A DNA stretch of 27,062 nucleotides. Origin: a virus (Duplodnaviria; Caudoviricetes). Both the position numbers and the translations under genes were made by a program. The notes beneath the pieces were generated by a model. The model saw only the letters and a list, made by a program, of their open reading frames with translations. It was not told the origin of the DNA and ran no database searches. Positions 23,501 to 27,062 of the stretch are shown here, in pieces. The stretch lies in the IMG/VR virus record IMGVR_UViG_3300020203_000084, positions 1-27,062 of that record; one strand, 5' to 3'. The first letter of the stretch is position 1. Every line of letters starts with the position of its first letter.

Positions 23501-25946
23501 TGGGTATATTAATTTTAATAGTCCTCATAGAGAACCCAAGAAAAGCGGTAAGCAATTAGCAAAAGAGGAAACTGATCGCTTGTTCGCTGAACGTGAGCGG
23601 AAGGTAGCGAGGGAATATATAGAAAGAAAAACCACCAATCGCGCTGAATACGACCCTGGGTATTTTGCTCGTAAAGAAACTCTTGAAAACAATCTCAAGA
23701 CGACAAGACAAATAGAAAAACAAACCAAGCCACCACAAATAAGCCAGCAAAGTAGTCAGACCATTCCAAACTCAAAGGCTTTAGTAGGTAGAACCATGTC
23801 AGAAGGAGAGGCCAAGTCAATAGAAATACAAGCGAAGCAAGCAATAGATATAATGGCTGGAGGAAAGATTCCTGATGGGGTTTCATTACATAAGATTATA
23901 TCAGAGACAGTTACTCCTGTTACAAAGAAAGTTAATTTTATTGACACTTTTCTTCGGACTCCTGACCGAGTTATGGCTAAAATTGGTTTTGGTAAAAACG
24001 TAGTTGAATTGCGCCGAGCAATGGACGCTTACTGGAAAGAGTTACCTAAGAACATAGCCAAGAACACCGAATGGGCAAAGCGTGTACCGAAAGAAAGCAA
24101 CGAACGTATATTTAAATACCTAGACGGTCAAGCTATTGACCTACGGCCAGATGAGAAACAAGTGGCGCTGGAGATAAGAGCGTGGTTAGAACAGTGGGCG
24201 GATCGTTTGAAGTTGCCAAAATCACAGCGTGTTTCTGAGTATATTACCCGTCTTTTTGATGAGGAACTTTTGGCTAAGGAATTTCCTGAAGAACTTGCCA
24301 AGATAATTGCCGATAAAGTCCCGGGTTCTGTCTACAATCCTTTTATGCTTCGTAGGCTTGGTGCTAAGGGCTACAAACAAGACACTTGGGCGGCGCTCGA
24401 TGCTTATGTTAAGCGTGCCACTCGCAAGGTACACATGGATCCTGTGCTGGAGAAGATGCAGGCGAAAACTGGTCAGTCTTTGGAAATGGCGAATATCGAA
24501 AAATCGCAGTTTAAATATGTCCAAAGATATGTAGAAAATATCAACATGCGACCATCTGAAATAGAGGAGTCTATTGATAATTTTCTTAAGTCATCTCCAT
24601 TGGGTTACAAATTCGGACAGCGCCCCGTGGCTTCTATCAGTCAGTTTTTGAGGCGAATATCTTTTCGTGCTGGATTAGGTCTTAATCTGGGTTCTGCTTT
24701 ACGTAATCTTTCGCAAGGGGCAAATACTTACTCTGAACTCGGTGAAAAATATACAACTCTTGGTTATGTTGGACTCTTTAAAAAGGGTGCAAGAGAAGAA
24801 CTTATAAGAGAGGGGGTTTTAAATGCAGGGTTTATTCAAGACCGTGTGCTTTCTTCGACAGCAAAAATAATAGAGAGAATGGATAAGGGACTTTTTGCGA
24901 TGTTTCAAGGCGCAGAATATATCAACCGAGGTGCGGCTTATTTTGGAGCTAAGTCTAAAGCTCTGTCTGCGGGAAAATCAATAGACGAAGCTATTGAATA
25001 CGCCAAAGGTATCGTTCGTAAGACACAATTTTCTTTTGATTCTGTAGATACTCCTGTCGGTATGTCTAGTAACATCGCAAAGACCGTTATGCAATTTCAG
25101 ACGTTTACAATGAAACAAATGGAATTTTTGGGTGAAAAAGCAAAAGGTTCGGTAACAGGAAAAGAAAAAGTGAAAAATGTAATTGGCTTATTAAGATACG
25201 CTGCGGCAGGAACAGTGTTTGTGTACACAATCGGAAGGGCATTTGGAATGGAGCCAAGAGAGCTAATCCCTATTTATAGGATAGGTGCACCACCGGCGTT
25301 AGTCCCTATAGTTGAGACAGGAAAGGCCGCACTAGATACACCTGACAAGTACGGCAACCAGCGCGAACTTAAAACAAAGGCGATAGATGTCGGAAAATCA
25401 TTTTTAGGATATGTCCCCGCTGGTCCTCAAATCAAAAAGTCTTTCTTGGGTGATCAAGCCGTCAGACAAGGTGGCTCATTCGACAAGGGTGGCAATCTTC
25501 AATTCAAAGTAGGAGAAACTACGGGGCAAAAAATACAGGCAAGACTGTTTGGCAAGTACGCAGGTCCACAATCAGACAAGTATTTTAACAGAGCAGAGGA
25601 AGCTCAGAAGTTAAATAAAGAAGCAGAGAGGACATACGACGAACTTCTTGCGCTTCCTAAATCAGAAGGCGACCATCGCTTTACACAGTTAGAAAAAGAC
25701 AATCCGAAATTAGCTGATAAGCTTAAGACTATCGGCCGTGACCGTAAACTTGGTATCACTGAGAAAGATAGGGAGCTTCGTGCGTTTGGCGTGACGAATG
25801 GTGACAGGGCACAGCGTGTTCTTGACTACATATTGGAGTTGCCGAGCGAAGCAGACCAAGACAAGCTCTACGATGAATTAGTAAAGAAGAAAATCATCAC
25901 GTCAGTTGTAGCGAAACAGATTAAAGAGTTAATGCAATCAAGATGA
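20514..25946 (+). CDS. Giant multidomain internal virion / DNA ejection protein (1810 aa, polyvalent-protein-like)
   Basis: ATG at 20514 preferred over GTG at 20490. HNH-like motif near the N-terminus, central SHW..PN..HLR...EELQSDW domain, C-terminal helical NLGSALRNLSQ...KTQF...QFQTF region with a hydrophobic segment. Confidence 0.78.
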   Translation: MGIFDNTLGGQTKQKPKGGGIFANTISRQRPQQQYHASVDSRGTSLGFSDERDTSGRPFFAYRNPGDTSTTTDYKRVATQFDPRIATTTPRDSFYNPRDPRIGDSDKRTQIDHKMALALSGSNNPANLRTVPNAQNRDSGIIRDLQGNVIAGRNSLFQAQSDLAIEKKTPLPFTGSRYGQFALEAKQAQEEARKAQSFGGLFKNTLSDLKSRFINFGQKVSEAVPGVRAIADMGVQGSFEPIIKHASTIGTKEHQERLLGKKDYPIKNKEGKTLGYTYSPKNQMNFALGFVNPVGGEGTVLDKIAKEKSFSVIKNLLKKIGDYSDDVVEKLVRTDTVDEVTSILRSNRTIRQVEFSETANLLPAKEAVAKGLTAQQYVADRIGATKEVLGKPDSVMGKQDFRVNINVDGKNYNPPNTFSYTPTSQTTKAKGTLPKATSALDPDVAQSLRAAKGLSAQDIITKHPDINLKRDVPVTDIYGNKSVIPAGEALTPYELKGNKVALKDGETYIVSKSQAQNVMNNAQSGEAKTFAPELKGTEETVKGQKEVGLEFKKGSNGDFTAGNITIRPEKDNFFLFGTGDNIILGRNAKTFKEATILAQRHVDSKIAPTKFSSFQLPDGKNYKEILIKAPNVGEQNVIEMQRLQKGTASPEDVAKYIKLKESQKTIPNIFKSSHWDEPNIISHLRLNERTYQGKKVTFMEELQSDWAREGRSKGFQYENPDAESLILENQIKSLTDKYPNASGTRTPEIQNQINELGDKMNAIHDSKSGVPNNPLLKNWQQTSVKRALKEAVDSNSEYFAWINGEQTSARYDLATKLDNVEWKMAGDKKSITLTPTGKKETIKVYLNKDGKIHLAPSSDEWEGKKLDEVLGKGLADKIMEKESGTLSGDGLKFGGEWANTLYDKRVGNIVKDLTGAKVENLDMGLPVDKNTTKTTTQQGIRLTPEIKAIIKSEAPTLKAPSGKSPVSTQPQLESPVGSSFKNTIKRFFDERGGAQGGYINFNSPHREPKKSGKQLAKEETDRLFAERERKVAREYIERKTTNRAEYDPGYFARKETLENNLKTTRQIEKQTKPPQISQQSSQTIPNSKALVGRTMSEGEAKSIEIQAKQAIDIMAGGKIPDGVSLHKIISETVTPVTKKVNFIDTFLRTPDRVMAKIGFGKNVVELRRAMDAYWKELPKNIAKNTEWAKRVPKESNERIFKYLDGQAIDLRPDEKQVALEIRAWLEQWADRLKLPKSQRVSEYITRLFDEELLAKEFPEELAKIIADKVPGSVYNPFMLRRLGAKGYKQDTWAALDAYVKRATRKVHMDPVLEKMQAKTGQSLEMANIEKSQFKYVQRYVENINMRPSEIEESIDNFLKSSPLGYKFGQRPVASISQFLRRISFRAGLGLNLGSALRNLSQGANTYSELGEKYTTLGYVGLFKKGAREELIREGVLNAGFIQDRVLSSTAKIIERMDKGLFAMFQGAEYINRGAAYFGAKSKALSAGKSIDEAIEYAKGIVRKTQFSFDSVDTPVGMSSNIAKTVMQFQTFTMKQMEFLGEKAKGSVTGKEKVKNVIGLLRYAAAGTVFVYTIGRAFGMEPRELIPIYRIGAPPALVPIVETGKAALDTPDKYGNQRELKTKAIDVGKSFLGYVPAGPQIKKSFLGDQAVRQGGSFDKGGNLQFKVGETTGQKIQARLFGKYAGPQSDKYFNRAEEAQKLNKEAERTYDELLALPKSEGDHRFTQLEKDNPKLADKLKTIGRDRKLGITEKDRELRAFGVTNGDRAQRVLDYILELPSEADQDKLYDELVKKKIITSVVAKQIKELMQSR

Positions 25947-26326
25947 AACACCCCATTCACCAATCAAACGAGGACAAGTTAGCGCTCACTTCAAAGAATA
26001 CAGTTGAAGCGGTCAATGACATTTCTCGCAAGGCTGATAAGACAAACCAGCTTCTTGGCGAATTAAAGACTTCTATTCAGGATAAGGATCACCTTGTGAT
26101 TGGCTTCACTAGCTTGGTTGATAGCCAAAGAAAAACGTCCTCTAAACTTGAGGAAGTAAAGAGTGCGGTGTTAGCTTCAAACATTGTGTTAAAAAATATC
26201 GCTAGTAAAGAAACACCAGCTTTTCCAAAAACTGATTTTACTGCTACGAATAAGCTACTGACTGAATTACTTACTGAAATGAAAAAGCCAGATGAGATAA
26301 CTGTAACTTTGGAATTAGATGACTAG
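25943..26326 (+). CDS. Hypothetical coiled-coil protein
   Basis: 127 aa, ATGA-coupled to the giant gene. Confidence 0.65.
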   Translation: MKHPIHQSNEDKLALTSKNTVEAVNDISRKADKTNQLLGELKTSIQDKDHLVIGFTSLVDSQRKTSSKLEEVKSAVLASNIVLKNIASKETPAFPKTDFTATNKLLTELLTEMKKPDEITVTLELDD

Positions 26327-27062
26327 ACGAGATATAAAAATAAAAATAAACAAGGACGATTTCAAGAAAAAACTTGGGATAAAAGATGGTGTTGATTATG
26401 TGCTAACCGAGGCTGACAAAAAAGAAATAGGACAAAATATAAAAATTCCTATCGTTGAAAAAATTATAGAGAAAATAGAGGTTATTCGTGAAACACCTAT
26501 AATTACTAATGAAGTAAGGGAGGTCGCGGTAACTGATACCCCTGACGAGGTGGTAGAAAAGGTAAACGAGGCTAATAAAAAAATCAAAGCGAAGCAAATT
26601 GAAGGGCTTACAAAAGCTCTTAAAATAGTTGATGAATACGGTACTAATCCTCAGGGTTATGCGTTTGGCGGTGCTAATCAAACTGTTATCTTAGATGAGG
26701 GTACGAGGATCACCGAACACTTTACCGAACTCAATTTCACCGGTGCGGGTGTATCTGCAACATACGGAAATAGTGGACGAATAAACGTTGATATAGGTGG
26801 TAGCGTTACCCCCGTCACTCCGGGTGGCTCTAACACACAAGTCCAGTTTAACGACAGTGGGGTGCTTGCAGGTGATGCAGGGCTTACATATAGCAAGACA
26901 ACAGACAGGCTTTTTGTAGGTGGACTTACTGCCACTGGTGGCAGTGTCTTAGAAAAGGTCGTAACCCTCACAGACGGGGCTACAGTAGCCCTAGATGCCG
27001 CACTAGGCAATGTATTTAATTTAACTGCTAGTGGTAACAGAACAATCCTCGCCCCGAGCAAT
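26319..27062 (+). CDS. Tail fibre protein, N-terminal part, runs off the window
   Basis: Not in the ORF track; translated by hand: MTRRDIKIK...DGVDYVLTEADKKEI...LNFTGAGVSA...PGGSNTQVQFNDSGVLAGDAGLTY...TLTDGATVALDAALGNVFNLT. Open for 248 codons. Confidence 0.8.
   Translation, partial: MTRRDIKIKINKDDFKKKLGIKDGVDYVLTEADKKEIGQNIKIPIVEKIIEKIEVIRETPIITNEVREVAVTDTPDEVVEKVNEANKKIKAKQIEGLTKALKIVDEYGTNPQGYAFGGANQTVILDEGTRITEHFTELNFTGAGVSATYGNSGRINVDIGGSVTPVTPGGSNTQVQFNDSGVLAGDAGLTYSKTTDRLFVGGLTATGGSVLEKVVTLTDGATVALDAALGNVFNLTASGNRTILAPSN

Larger units (their letters stand above)
1..27062. mobile_element. Tailed dsDNA phage genome segment, podovirus-like (replication arm plus divergent morphogenesis arm)
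   Basis: Gene order terminase-portal-scaffold-capsid-adaptor-nozzle-ejection proteins on +, primase/helicase/nuclease on -. No tape measure, tail tube or sheath gene and no host housekeeping genes seen. Prophage versus free phage cannot be decided. Confidence 0.93.

Noticed and set aside
6968-24534. Numerous nested alternate-frame and antisense ORFs of 60-150 aa
   Set aside because: They lie inside well-supported genes and show no recognisable motifs.
26396-27061. Minus-strand ORFs at the right end
   Set aside because: They are shadows of the plus-strand tail fibre frame 26319-27062.
1-27062. Stop-codon reassignment (TGA or TAG recoding)
   Set aside because: Genes are full length under code 11, and TGA stops repeatedly occur in ATGA overlaps with the next start.
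14936-27062. Diversity-generating retroelement acting on fibre genes
   Set aside because: No reverse transcriptase and no template/variable repeat pair were seen in the window; sequence beyond the right edge cannot be assessed.

Overview
The window is part of a tailed dsDNA bacteriophage genome with podovirus-like (P22/T7-type) virion architecture, organised as two divergent arms. The left arm (minus strand, 1-4695) encodes replication and recombination functions: Prim-Pol primase, P4/D5-type SF3 helicase, a probable SSB, a PD-(D/E)XK nuclease and an SF2/SNF2-like helicase cut by the window edge. A ~580 bp non-coding region (4696-5279) holds a dyad-symmetric array of TCTG(C/G)CAGA repeats around a C7G7 palindrome and is the probable origin. 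The right arm (plus strand, 5280-27062) encodes small ORFs, GroES, terminase subunits, portal, scaffold, capsid, decoration and fibre proteins, adaptor, nozzle, needle, two DNA-ejection-type proteins (one of 1810 aa) and a tail fibre cut by the window edge. The most interesting candidate system is a DUF2292-like small gene followed by a promoter and a short leader with competing antiterminator/terminator hairpins in front of the head operon. AT-rich leaders without Shine-Dalgarno motifs hint at a Patescibacteria (CPR) or Bacteroidota-type host (inference). No integrase, lysis gene, tRNA, CRISPR array or reverse transcriptase was seen. All family assignments come from motifs read by eye, not from database searches.
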